Below, piece by piece: positions 27,323-37,241 of a stretch of 64,000 bases of DNA. The position numbers and the translations under genes are program-made. The notes under the pieces are model-generated. The model had not been told where the DNA came from. It saw only the letters and a program-made list of their open reading frames with translations, and made no database searches. Source of the stretch: a virus; IMG/VR virus record IMGVR_UViG_3300020152_000021, positions 1-64,000 of that record; one strand, given 5' to 3'. Numbering within the stretch: position 1 is the stretch's first letter; each line of letters begins with the position of its first letter.

Positions 27323-30300
27323 ATGAAACTTAATATTTATGGCAATATGCCTATTATTACCCCTCGCGACCCACAAGTCCCGATGGAAGCGGCTAATAAG
27401 AACTACGTTGACAACACGATGGCACAACATGCTAACAACATGTCGCTGCACCTGACCGTTGATCAAAATACGTTTCTTGATAGCTTAACTATTAACGCTA
27501 CCGAAGCTAACAGACTGTCTGGTATTACTGGCAACGTCCAAACTCAATTGGATAATAAAGTTGCTCTGTCTGGTAGTGTGATGACTGGTCTACTGACTCT
27601 GTCTGGTAATCCTACTGGTAATTTACACGCTGCAACGAAACAGTACGTAGATAGTCAAGACGCGTTAAATGTCAGCAAAGCTGGCGACACGATGACTGGC
27701 GATCTTACCCTGAAGGGTGATCCGACTAGTGCTCTGCATGCTGCGCCGAAGCAGTATGTTGACGCCACTGTCAATAGTCACGCTGATGACGCTACCAAGC
27801 ACTTGACTGCTGCCCAAAACACGTTCTTAGACGCGGTGACGGTCTCGTCGACTGAAGTCAACCAACTCGCTGGTGTTACCTCTGCTGTCCAGACTCAATT
27901 AGACAGTAAGTTACCGAAGTCGGGCGGTACGATGACTGGTGATCTGGTTCTGAACGCAGACCCGACCGCTAATCTGCAAGCTGCTACTAAGAACTATGTT
28001 GATACCAAAGACGCATTGAAGGTCAACAAAGCCGGTGACACCATGACTGGTGCTCTGGTTCTGCCGGGTAATCCGACGGCTAGCTTAGAAGCAGCACCGA
28101 AGCAATATGTGGATAGCACGGTATCGACCCATGCTAGCGACACTGCGCTGCACTTAACGGCATCGCAGAATACGTTCTTAGACGCGGTGACGGTATCGTC
28201 GACTGAAGTGAACCGTTTGGCTGGTGTGACCAGTGATGTTCAGACGCAACTTGATAGTAAACTGGCATTAGCCGGTGGTACTATGACTGGTAGTCTGAAC
28301 CTTGCTGCTGACCCGACCGTCAGTACGGAAGCCGCTACGAAGAACTACGTTGACACTAAGGACGGTCTGAAAGTCAGTAAAGCTGGTGACACGATGACTG
28401 GCGCGTTAACGCTGGCTGGTAATCCTGAGAATGCTCTTGAAGCTGCGCCGAAGCAGTACGTTGATAGTACAGTTACGTCGCACGCTGATGATGCTACCAA
28501 GCACTTGACTGCTGCTCAGAATACTTTCCTCGACGGCGTTTCTGTTAGTTCGACGGAAGTTAATCGCTTGTCTGGTGTTACTGACAACGTTCAGACCCAA
28601 CTCGACGCTAAGCTGAATCTGGCTGGCGGCACGATGACTGGTACTCTGGTGCTGTCTGGTGCTCCTGTTAATCCGTCTGATGCTGTCACGAAGACTTACG
28701 CTGACACGCAAGACGCTCTGAAGGTCAGTAAGTCCGGCGACACGATGACTGGTGCGCTGACTCTGCCTGGCGATCCTACGACTAATCTGCAAGCTGCTAC
28801 GAAGCAGTATGTTGATAGTACTGTGACTGATCACGCTAACGATGCTGCTAAGCACCTTACCGTTGCTCAGAATACCTTCCTTGACGCTGTTACCGTTACC
28901 GCAACTGAAGTTAATCAGTTAAGTGGTGTTGGTAGCAACGTTCAATCGCAACTCGATGACAAGTTTGCTAAAGCTGGTGGTTTGATTACTGGCGACGTCA
29001 CGCTTGATACTGGTAAGACGATCTTCGTTTCGAAGGTTCCGGATGCTGGTACTGAAGTTGTCAATAAGGCTTATGTTGATTCGAAACTCAACGGTCAGGA
29101 TTGGAAAGATCCTGTCACTGATGTTGAGCTTGTCGATATCGCTCTTGATACTCCTCCTGCTTCTCCGGTTGCTAAGGATGTATATATCATTGGTGATGCC
29201 CCGACTGGCGCTTGGGCTGGTAAAGCTGGCTATGCTACTTTCCACAATGGCACTGAATGGGTCTTCCTGCAAGGTCGTGCTGTAGCCGCTGGCGATCGTT
29301 TCGGTGTGGCGTTTACGTCTGCTACCGCTCTGACTGGTACTCTGGTTGGTCAAGGTAAGAAGATCATCACGATTATCGATGCCACTCCGGGTGCAATTCA
29401 GTTTACCACTGACGCTCTGAGCGCTGCTGCTACGACTCTGGTATTCGATCCGCAATCTTCGAAATTCGGTGTGTCTTACACGCTGACTGACGAAGGCAAC
29501 TGGGTTCCGACTAATACCTCGGTTAACTTGACGGCTGGTGAAGCTTTAGATCTGTCTGGTAATATTCTTAACGTCAAACATGGCGATGGCTTAGAAGTCA
29601 ATGCTGACGTTCTCGAAGTTAAGCTTGATACTTCTACTGGTGTTGAATTCACCGCTGGTGGTGCTGTTGCTGTTAAGCGTGATGGTACTACGATTTCTGC
29701 TTCTGCTAATGGTATTAAGGTTAGCGACGCGGTAATTTCTGATATCGCTGATAAAGTTTCGAAGACTGGCACTAGTGCTGTTACTGGTTCTGTTACCTTC
29801 GACACGAATGCTTCGCTGAAGACTAACTTTACTGCAACTGACGATGCTCACGTTGTTAATAAAGGTTATGTTGATGCCGCTGATGAAGCTCTTGACGGTC
29901 GTGTAGATACGCTGGAAACCACTGTTGGTACTCTTAACAGTGATCCGACGACTAAGACTTATGTCGATCAACAAGACGCTCTGAAGGTCTCCAAAGCTGG
30001 CGATACGATGACTGGTGCTCTCACGCTGCCGGGTGATCCTACTGCTGATCTGCAAGCTGCGCCTAAGCAATATGTGGACAGCACGGTATCGACGCACGCA
30101 AGCGACGATGCTCGTCACTTAACCACTGCTCAGAATACGTTCCTTGACGCTGTTACGGTATCTGCTACTGAAGTGAACCGTCTTAACGGCGTAACTAGTA
30201 ACGTTCAAACCCAAATCGATAGTAAACTGGCGTTAGCTGGTGGTACGATGACTGGTGCATTAGCACTGGCTGCTGATCCGACTGAGAATCTGCAAGCTGC

Positions 30301-33079
30301 GACGAAGCAGTACGTAGATACTAAGGACGCTACTAAGGTTTCCAAAGCTGGCGACACCATGACTGGTGCTCTGACGCTTCCTGGTAACCCGACGGCTGAT
30401 CTGGAAGCTGCACCGAAGCAATACGTAGATAGTTCTGTTAGCGCTCACGCTAACGACGATGCCCGTCATATGACGGTGGAGCAAAATGCATTCCTGGATG
30501 CTGTTACTGTTGATGCAACTGAAATTAACCAGTTAGATGGTGTAACTGATAACGTTCAGATGCAAATCGATAGTAAGTTGTCGAAGTCTGGTGGTACCAT
30601 GACTGGTGCTATTACTCTTCCGGCTGATCCGATCAATGCTCTCGAAGCTGCTACTAAGCAATATGTAGATACTCAAGATGGTACGAAGGTCGCTAAGGCT
30701 GGTGATACCATGACTGGGTTCTTGACTCTTAACGCTGATCCGACTTCGGCTCTGCATGCTACTACTAAACAGTATGTAGATAGCAATCTGAATAGTCACG
30801 TTGAAGATACTGCAGTGCATATGACTGCGGCTCAAAACACGTTCCTTGATGCCCTTACGGTGACTTCGACTGAAGTCAATCGTTTAAGTGGTGTATCGAG
30901 TAATGTTCAGACTCAACTCAATGCTAAGTTGAATCTGGCTGGCGGTACGATGACTGGCGTTCTCACGTTAGACGCTGATCCGACTGATAATCTGCAAGCT
31001 GCGACTAAGCAGTACGTAGACAATCAAGATGCAACGAAGGTGAATAAAGCTGGCGACACGATGACTGGTGCGTTAACGCTGCCCGGTGATCCGACTTCGG
31101 CTCTGCAAGCTGCTACGAAGGGCTACGTCGACACTAATCTGTCTTCGCATGCAACTGATAATACGATTCACATCACTGCTGCACAAAATACCTTCCTTGA
31201 TGGTATCAGTGTTACTGCTGAAGAAGTGAATCATCTCGAAGGTGTTGACGAAAACGTCCAACTCCAGATTGATAGCAAACTCAATCTGACCGGTGGTACT
31301 TTAACTGGTTTCTTGACGCTGCACGCTAATCCGACTGCTAATCTCGAAGCTGCTCCTAAGCAGTATGTTGATTCGCAAGATGCATTGAAAGTCTCGAAGG
31401 CTGGCGACACCATGACTGGTGCTCTGGTTCTTCATGCTGATCCTACCGCTGCGTTCGAAGCTGCTACCAAGCAGTACGTCGATACTAAGGATGGTGATCA
31501 GAAGACTTATATTGATAACCAGGATGCCACGAAGGTTAACAAAGCTGGCGATACGATGACCGGCTTCTTGACTCTGAGTGCAGCTCCTACTGCTGATTTG
31601 CACGCTTCCACGAAGAAGTATGTGGACGATAAAGATGCAACTCAGAAGACTTATATCGATGAACAAGACTCGGCTCTTGATGGTCGTATTGACACGCTGG
31701 AAAGCACCGTCAGTACCCTCAATTCCGATCCTGTTACGAAGAACTATGTAGATAGTCTCGCTGCTACTAAGCTGAACATCGCTGGTGGTACGATGACTGG
31801 TTACATTACTCTGCATGCTGATCCGCAGCAGAATATGCATCCTGCAACGAAGCAGTACGTTGACGCAGTTGCACAAGGTCTTTCCACTAAGCCTTCCGTG
31901 CGCTTCGCTACGACTGCTAACATTAGTGCTGTTTACAACAACGGTACTTCTGGCGTTAATGCAACATTAACCGGTTCCGCTAATGGCGCTCTTGTCGTTG
32001 ATGGCAAGACTGTTATGATTGGTAATCGTATCCTTGTTAAGGATCAAACTAACAAAGCTGAAAACGGTGATTACACTGTGCAGCAAGTTGGTGATGCTAG
32101 CACGCCGTTCATCCTTAAGCGTGTTTCTACGATTGATGAATCCCATGAAGTTCCGGGTAGCTACTTCTACGTCTATGACGGTGATACGCTCAAAGGTACT
32201 GGCTGGGTATTTACTGTTGCCAATCCGGTTACTTTCTCGATTGGTACAGACGATATCAATGTTAATCAGTTCTCCGGTCAAGGTAGTCTGATTGCTGGCG
32301 CTGGTTTGACGATGGATGGTAATACCCTCAATATCAATAGCGCTAATTCTGGTCGTATCGTGGTCAATGCTGATAGCATCGATCTGGCGACGACTGGTGT
32401 TACTCCGAATAGCTACACTAAGGTTACTGTGGATGGTTACGGTCGTGTTACGGCTGGTTCCAATCCGAACACCTTGGCAGGCTTCGGTATTACTGATGGT
32501 CAACAGCTTAACGCTAACCTGACCAGTCTGTCTGCAGTTGTCTCTACCGGTATCGTGGTACGTGATAACACTAACACCATGGTAACGAAGGCTGTTACTC
32601 ATAGTGGTGTTGGTATCACTGTCACTAACGGTGATGGTGCTGCTGCTGGTAATATCACTATCGTTTCCAATGCTACGAGCGCTGCGACTGCAGACGCAAT
32701 CGTTTCTCGTGATGCTAGCGGTAACTTTGCTGCTAACATTATCACTGCTTCGCTGAATGGCAATGCTTCTACTGCTACGACGCTCGCAACTTCGCGTGAC
32801 TTCTCCTTAACGGGCGATATCACTGCGGCTGTTGTTAGCTTCAATGGTAGTGCAAACGTTGCTCTTAATACTAGCCTTACCACTACTGGTGTGGAAGCTG
32901 GTACTTACACTCAGGTCACTGTCGATACGAAGGGCCGTGTGAGTGCTGGTTCTAACCCGACCACCATTGCAGGATTAGGTGTTCAAGATGTGTATACGAA
33001 GGCTGAAGTTGATGCTATCGTGACGGCTATGGAGAAGAAGTTCAATGAACTCTACCTCTATCTCCTTTCCCGTAGTTAA
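27323..33079 (+). CDS. Long repeat-built tail fibre-like protein (1918 aa)
   Basis: Nine ~117-aa units (HLTAAQNTFLD...GGTMTG...AATKQYVD...GDTMTG...AAPKQYVD), central DUF2793-like PPASP..GAWAG motif, C-terminal YTKVTVD..GRV fibre motifs; strong codon bias. Confidence 0.85.
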   Translation: MKLNIYGNMPIITPRDPQVPMEAANKNYVDNTMAQHANNMSLHLTVDQNTFLDSLTINATEANRLSGITGNVQTQLDNKVALSGSVMTGLLTLSGNPTGNLHAATKQYVDSQDALNVSKAGDTMTGDLTLKGDPTSALHAAPKQYVDATVNSHADDATKHLTAAQNTFLDAVTVSSTEVNQLAGVTSAVQTQLDSKLPKSGGTMTGDLVLNADPTANLQAATKNYVDTKDALKVNKAGDTMTGALVLPGNPTASLEAAPKQYVDSTVSTHASDTALHLTASQNTFLDAVTVSSTEVNRLAGVTSDVQTQLDSKLALAGGTMTGSLNLAADPTVSTEAATKNYVDTKDGLKVSKAGDTMTGALTLAGNPENALEAAPKQYVDSTVTSHADDATKHLTAAQNTFLDGVSVSSTEVNRLSGVTDNVQTQLDAKLNLAGGTMTGTLVLSGAPVNPSDAVTKTYADTQDALKVSKSGDTMTGALTLPGDPTTNLQAATKQYVDSTVTDHANDAAKHLTVAQNTFLDAVTVTATEVNQLSGVGSNVQSQLDDKFAKAGGLITGDVTLDTGKTIFVSKVPDAGTEVVNKAYVDSKLNGQDWKDPVTDVELVDIALDTPPASPVAKDVYIIGDAPTGAWAGKAGYATFHNGTEWVFLQGRAVAAGDRFGVAFTSATALTGTLVGQGKKIITIIDATPGAIQFTTDALSAAATTLVFDPQSSKFGVSYTLTDEGNWVPTNTSVNLTAGEALDLSGNILNVKHGDGLEVNADVLEVKLDTSTGVEFTAGGAVAVKRDGTTISASANGIKVSDAVISDIADKVSKTGTSAVTGSVTFDTNASLKTNFTATDDAHVVNKGYVDAADEALDGRVDTLETTVGTLNSDPTTKTYVDQQDALKVSKAGDTMTGALTLPGDPTADLQAAPKQYVDSTVSTHASDDARHLTTAQNTFLDAVTVSATEVNRLNGVTSNVQTQIDSKLALAGGTMTGALALAADPTENLQAATKQYVDTKDATKVSKAGDTMTGALTLPGNPTADLEAAPKQYVDSSVSAHANDDARHMTVEQNAFLDAVTVDATEINQLDGVTDNVQMQIDSKLSKSGGTMTGAITLPADPINALEAATKQYVDTQDGTKVAKAGDTMTGFLTLNADPTSALHATTKQYVDSNLNSHVEDTAVHMTAAQNTFLDALTVTSTEVNRLSGVSSNVQTQLNAKLNLAGGTMTGVLTLDADPTDNLQAATKQYVDNQDATKVNKAGDTMTGALTLPGDPTSALQAATKGYVDTNLSSHATDNTIHITAAQNTFLDGISVTAEEVNHLEGVDENVQLQIDSKLNLTGGTLTGFLTLHANPTANLEAAPKQYVDSQDALKVSKAGDTMTGALVLHADPTAAFEAATKQYVDTKDGDQKTYIDNQDATKVNKAGDTMTGFLTLSAAPTADLHASTKKYVDDKDATQKTYIDEQDSALDGRIDTLESTVSTLNSDPVTKNYVDSLAATKLNIAGGTMTGYITLHADPQQNMHPATKQYVDAVAQGLSTKPSVRFATTANISAVYNNGTSGVNATLTGSANGALVVDGKTVMIGNRILVKDQTNKAENGDYTVQQVGDASTPFILKRVSTIDESHEVPGSYFYVYDGDTLKGTGWVFTVANPVTFSIGTDDINVNQFSGQGSLIAGAGLTMDGNTLNINSANSGRIVVNADSIDLATTGVTPNSYTKVTVDGYGRVTAGSNPNTLAGFGITDGQQLNANLTSLSAVVSTGIVVRDNTNTMVTKAVTHSGVGITVTNGDGAAAGNITIVSNATSAATADAIVSRDASGNFAANIITASLNGNASTATTLATSRDFSLTGDITAAVVSFNGSANVALNTSLTTTGVEAGTYTQVTVDTKGRVSAGSNPTTIAGLGVQDVYTKAEVDAIVTAMEKKFNELYLYLLSRS
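27450..31400 (+). repeat. 351-bp degenerate tandem coding repeat (5 + 4 copies)
   Basis: E.g. CACTTGACTGCTGC at ~27800 and ~28502 (2 x 351 nt apart); array interrupted by a non-repetitive insert at about 28960-29980. Confidence 0.85.
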
Positions 33080-33097
33080 TAACTCATAGACGGTATA

Positions 33098-33129
33098 GCT
33101 CCAGAGAGCCTGTAAAGGCTCTCTGGAGC
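33098..33129. terminator. Bidirectional terminator
   Basis: GCTCCAGAGAGCC-tgtaaa-GGCTCTCTGGAGC. Confidence 0.85.
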
Positions 33130-33147
33130 ATTTATTTCACCTTCTGG

Positions 33148-34008
33148 TTACTTTGTACTACCTACCTTTAAAATCACTTCTGAGAGCGATTTAATAGCGC
33201 TATAGAAGAAGATGCAATTGCTATACATATAGCTCACTAATTCCACTTCTTTAGCAACGATATGCACCGCATTGACGAGTTCTTTCTTAGTGGAGTCATT
33301 CTTCAGAAGAACACCCGACTTAGTGTTTTGATCAATTAAGATATCAATCAGATCAGATACTTCATTCGCCAGTTTAGAGATATGATTAATCTTCGACAGA
33401 TTAATAATGCCATCTAACTTTTGAATATCATTATACAGTTGTTCAACATCCGATAACGATTTCAGTAAGTCACCTACATACGCTTTTACAGTGGAGTTAG
33501 AGCTAGGGAAATACTTCGCAATATCTTTGCGAGCAGTTTCACTAATCTTTTCAGCTTGTTTGAAATAGCTAATGCCGTACAGCGTCGACACTTTCTCTTC
33601 CGAGTACTCATTGATAAACGATGACACCGCCATCTTGAGATTATGCAGGCTTTCTTCCGTATTAGCGATTAACAAATCAGAAGCAGAAATTAACTCAGCC
33701 GCATAATCGACATATTTACCTTTGAAATTCTCAGGCTTTAATACCATCTCGTCACGCAGTTCTACCAGCTTTAAGCGTTTGACGACATGTTGTGTTTCAA
33801 AACGCGTCGCTAACGTATCGGTTACGATCTTATCGTTATCTAATTTAGCAACAGTACTACCTAAAGTAGCAAAGGTATCTTTCAGTTTATAAAAGAAATC
33901 CGAGACAGCTTCTAACGAAATGACCGAAGCAGTGTTATAGTAACCTCTAAATTCTTCCGTCGACAACTTCAGAACTGGAAGCTCTTCACCAGCAAATAAC
34001 TTAGACAT
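33148..34008 (-). CDS. Helical virion (probably head) protein
   Basis: AGGAG SD; N-terminal STE/SLE motifs resemble phiKZ-type prohead-protease cleavage sites (S/A/G-x-E), which is an inference. Confidence 0.6.
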   Translation of the reverse strand: MSKLFAGEELPVLKLSTEEFRGYYNTASVISLEAVSDFFYKLKDTFATLGSTVAKLDNDKIVTDTLATRFETQHVVKRLKLVELRDEMVLKPENFKGKYVDYAAELISASDLLIANTEESLHNLKMAVSSFINEYSEEKVSTLYGISYFKQAEKISETARKDIAKYFPSSNSTVKAYVGDLLKSLSDVEQLYNDIQKLDGIINLSKINHISKLANEVSDLIDILIDQNTKSGVLLKNDSTKKELVNAVHIVAKEVELVSYMYSNCIFFYSAIKSLSEVILKVGSTK

Positions 34009-34071
34009 GTAATATACTCCTAGAAAAGGCTAAAATACTTTCTTCCTATCGCAATAGGTTAAACCAAAGAA

Positions 34072-34108
34072 TTTTCCCACTCGGAAGATTTCTCCTCCGA
34101 GTGGAAAA
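34072..34108 (-). terminator. Terminator-like hairpin
   Basis: CCACTCGGA / TCCGAGTGG stem downstream of the 34114 stop. Confidence 0.65.
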
Positions 34109-34113
34109 GTATT

Positions 34114-35202
34114 CTAGTAATTTGACAATTGATGCCACAAACGTAATTCATCATTCATATCAATATCACCGACGAACATTGTCATCGGGTTGTCGTCTTG
34201 GCTACTATACATCAAATATCCATAAGCGGAATCTGTAGTAACATGTTCATTGATATCTAACGTATAAGTGATTGCTTTAAAGTCTTTAGCTTCGGGATCT
34301 TCTTTAATGCCTAAGTAAATAGGGGCATCGATTACATTAGCATCAGATGGAATATAAAGGGAAATCTCCACGATTCCACCATTAGTCTTAAACGATCCTT
34401 CTTTACAAGTAAACAAAGCAACACTCATGTCCGGTTTATACAATTCCCAATACAGAGTTGTACCAACAGGATAACCAGAGGTATCTATTTGAATGATAAC
34501 ACTATTACCTTTCACCCAAACCGGATCTTTCTTATCAACCCAAAGATCGTTAATGATTTTTCTTCTGCTTAAGAAGTATAACAGCGCATCATATTGAACA
34601 AGCTTATTACTCGGAATGATATGCGGTAATTCATCTGTCTTAAATTTAGACAGTAACGAATTTACAATTTCAAGAACAATGTTAGTTTGACCTAACGTAA
34701 TGGCTCGTTTAATTCTTTCGAGATAATCAACGATAGGTTCAAAACCAAATACGTCATCCAGTAAGTGACGGTGAATGGTTGGACTAAATTCTGTTGGCTT
34801 ATTAAAGACGTTCGTCCAGTCAACCGGACGGTTATCATTAATTACCGATTCGTACATATTCGCGATAGCGGTATCATCATAACAATAATGACCACCTAAC
34901 GCTTGATATGTGATCGTAACGTTAGAACTGACATCTTTGTTGATGATCAGAATCACGGAAGCAATTTCTTTACCATATTTCAGAGTTGCTTCTTGATGCA
35001 ATTCAACGATTTGATAATCTACACCACGTTTTAATTCTTTTACGCCATCTTTAACAATTAAATGTTCAGCAAAGAACGGACCTAAGTTAGGCGCAATACT
35101 ACGCGTGGGTCGGTTCGATAACTCATGCGGTTCATCTACGATTTTGTTATTTATATTTTTGCCAGTAATATCGAGATCAAGAGCTACTTGATTATAAGAC
35201 AT
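34114..35202 (-). CDS. Virion structural protein, N-domain paralogous to 26173-27192
   Basis: LDLDITG...NKIVDEPH, P...PFF, YQALGG, W..V.NKP..F.P..H.H pattern shared with 26173 ORF. Confidence 0.75.
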   Translation of the reverse strand: MSYNQVALDLDITGKNINNKIVDEPHELSNRPTRSIAPNLGPFFAEHLIVKDGVKELKRGVDYQIVELHQEATLKYGKEIASVILIINKDVSSNVTITYQALGGHYCYDDTAIANMYESVINDNRPVDWTNVFNKPTEFSPTIHRHLLDDVFGFEPIVDYLERIKRAITLGQTNIVLEIVNSLLSKFKTDELPHIIPSNKLVQYDALLYFLSRRKIINDLWVDKKDPVWVKGNSVIIQIDTSGYPVGTTLYWELYKPDMSVALFTCKEGSFKTNGGIVEISLYIPSDANVIDAPIYLGIKEDPEAKDFKAITYTLDINEHVTTDSAYGYLMYSSQDDNPMTMFVGDIDMNDELRLWHQLSNY

Positions 35203-35719
35203 TTAGATTACCCCTATCAATCTTTACTAATATTGGTTCGTTCCCTGATGCTTTAACTATAGCTTCTACGAGACTATCAGGGGTTTGTCCTGCGTCTTCG
35301 TCATCTATATAACCAATCTGATTATAGAATTCGCTAGCTAAGTCAGAGCAATAATCTTCTTTGGCGTTTCTTTTGAATTTGAATACACCACGTACCATAT
35401 CTAGTAAACTATATTTATTTCCAAGTCGATTGAATAACACATCGATATGGCTATCTTTGTCTTCAATATTAGTTTTAACTAAATAGAAATCTCTGCACAA
35501 CGAAATTGGGAATACCTTAACGACTGGCGGCGCTGCATCCACCATCATTAAACGATTACCCATCTTTACTACAATACCAACGTGCGTATACTTCGCTCCG
35601 AATATTTTTTGGTATAAAAATAATAGGAAATCGAAAATGTTAGCAACGCTTCTCGTCTTCCAAATGAGAAGGTCACCTGTTTTCATTTCGTGTCTTATGT
35701 TGGAATATAAAGTTACCAT
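35192..35719 (-). CDS. Permuted papain-like NlpC/P60 (YiiX/YaeF-type) hydrolase
   Basis: TGDLL, YTHVGIV, LGNKYS, YCSDL (His before Cys), TP motif. Confidence 0.8.
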   Translation of the reverse strand: MVTLYSNIRHEMKTGDLLIWKTRSVANIFDFLLFLYQKIFGAKYTHVGIVVKMGNRLMMVDAAPPVVKVFPISLCRDFYLVKTNIEDKDSHIDVLFNRLGNKYSLLDMVRGVFKFKRNAKEDYCSDLASEFYNQIGYIDDEDAGQTPDSLVEAIVKASGNEPILVKIDRGNLNVL

Positions 35720-35767
35720 TTAATAAACTCCTTTTGTGATACAAATCAAACAATTTTGGAGAACGTA

Positions 35768-36472
35768 ATGAAGAAGATAGGCTTTTTATTGTTATTATTA
35801 TGTAGTACGGCTTTTGCTCAGAAGAATTATATTCCTGAGAAAGCCTTTTCGTATAAAGAAATTATTAAGATAGAACTAGACACTTACTTTCCCACGATTC
35901 CAGATTACAATTATATTCCTAGTTTAACGGAACACGAGAGTTGTATTTCTCTCAAACACAGTAGATGCTGGAATAGTACTTCTAGATTAAAAAGCGCAAG
36001 AGAAGAAGGAGCAGGTCTTGGGCAAATTACTCGTGCTTATAAAAAAGATGGATCTCTTCGTTTTGATTCTTTACAAGCGATGAAAGATCGCTATAAACAA
36101 GAGTTAAAACAAGCGAGTTGGGAAACTATCTATCAAAAACCGGATGTACAGATTCGTATGATGATACTGATGGTCAGAGATGATTATAAAAAGCTTTACA
36201 ACATAGAAAATCCAATAGAGCGACTTCACATGACTGATGCTTCTTATAATGGAGGTATTGGAGGCTTGTTAAAAGAAAGAAGAGCTTGTGGTATGAGTGC
36301 TAGTTGTAATCCTAATATCTGGTTTAATAATGTAGAACGCTTTTGCTTAAAGAGTAAAACCGCTATATATGGACAAAGATCTCCATGTGATATTAATCGT
36401 CATCATGTAGAAGATGTATTCCATAATAAGTTACCGAAATACCGAGCTAAGTACTTTACAGAGGAATTATGA
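35768..36472 (+). CDS. SLT lytic transglycosylase with N-terminal signal peptide (endolysin candidate)
   Basis: MKKIGFLLLLLCSTAFAQ signal; EHES catalytic Glu, EEGAGLGQIT, ASYNGG; multiple Cys. Confidence 0.82.
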   Translation: MKKIGFLLLLLCSTAFAQKNYIPEKAFSYKEIIKIELDTYFPTIPDYNYIPSLTEHESCISLKHSRCWNSTSRLKSAREEGAGLGQITRAYKKDGSLRFDSLQAMKDRYKQELKQASWETIYQKPDVQIRMMILMVRDDYKKLYNIENPIERLHMTDASYNGGIGGLLKERRACGMSASCNPNIWFNNVERFCLKSKTAIYGQRSPCDINRHHVEDVFHNKLPKYRAKYFTEEL

Positions 36473-36473
36473 A

Positions 36474-37157
36474 ATGAAACGAGATAAGGATTTTATATCC
36501 AGTAAACTCTATATTAAAGATGGAAAAATCTACTGCAAAGAGAAATGCATTATTGAATTTCCTAAGTGGTACGAAGATAAAGAACTAGCAACGATTCAAG
36601 ATGTGGTATATTTTTACGGTGTCTTTAGTATTATCATTGGAGATAAGTACAGCGTATCGGTCATTCCTACACTATGTCAGACTACTCCTATCATGATCAA
36701 AGAGATCGAACGAGATGGTGTCGTTTACAATCAATTTGTATACGGTAAAGACGATTGTATTATTAGCAATACTAAAGTGGTTAAGAATGAGTTATTGAGT
36801 TATAACTTCTTCGAGACTTTCTATATGTATGCACGGGTGCCTTGGTTCATTGAATACGAAGATTTAGTTCGTATCATGGATAACCTTCCTATCTATGCAA
36901 ATAGTAACGTGGGTGGTAACTTCATTTCGAATGAATTAACGACTAGCTTTATTACTCGTGTTAAAGACGATAAGAAGAAGTTCTTTAGACAAGATAGTGG
37001 TAAGAAGTTTGAATATGTGGATCTGATGAACGTTTACTATAGTGCTTTAAGTACTGTAAATAAGATTGCCGGTAACTACTTCATGGAAAGTATGACTAGT
37101 GCAATCGTTCAGAAAGAACCTAAGACAACTAAGTTAGAAGATTTAGTTAGAGAATAG
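36474..37157 (+). CDS. Jumbo-phage hypothetical protein
   Basis: ATG 36474 directly after the lysin stop with GAGGA SD. Confidence 0.7.
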   Translation: MKRDKDFISSKLYIKDGKIYCKEKCIIEFPKWYEDKELATIQDVVYFYGVFSIIIGDKYSVSVIPTLCQTTPIMIKEIERDGVVYNQFVYGKDDCIISNTKVVKNELLSYNFFETFYMYARVPWFIEYEDLVRIMDNLPIYANSNVGGNFISNELTTSFITRVKDDKKKFFRQDSGKKFEYVDLMNVYYSALSTVNKIAGNYFMESMTSAIVQKEPKTTKLEDLVRE

Positions 37158-37201
37158 GAGGGAAAGATGCGTCCCAATAACGATGGTTAATTAAAGAAAG
37201 A

Positions 37202-37233
37202 TATACACCTGGAGAATACTCTCCAGGTGTATA
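37202..37233. terminator. Bidirectional terminator
   Basis: TATACACCTGGAGA-atac-TCTCCAGGTGTATA. Confidence 0.85.
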
Positions 37234-37241
37234 CTTATTTA

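Noticed and set aside
28406-32883. Many antisense and alternate-frame ORFs inside the 1918-aa fibre
   Set aside because: S/R/I-rich shadows of the repetitive biased sense strand.
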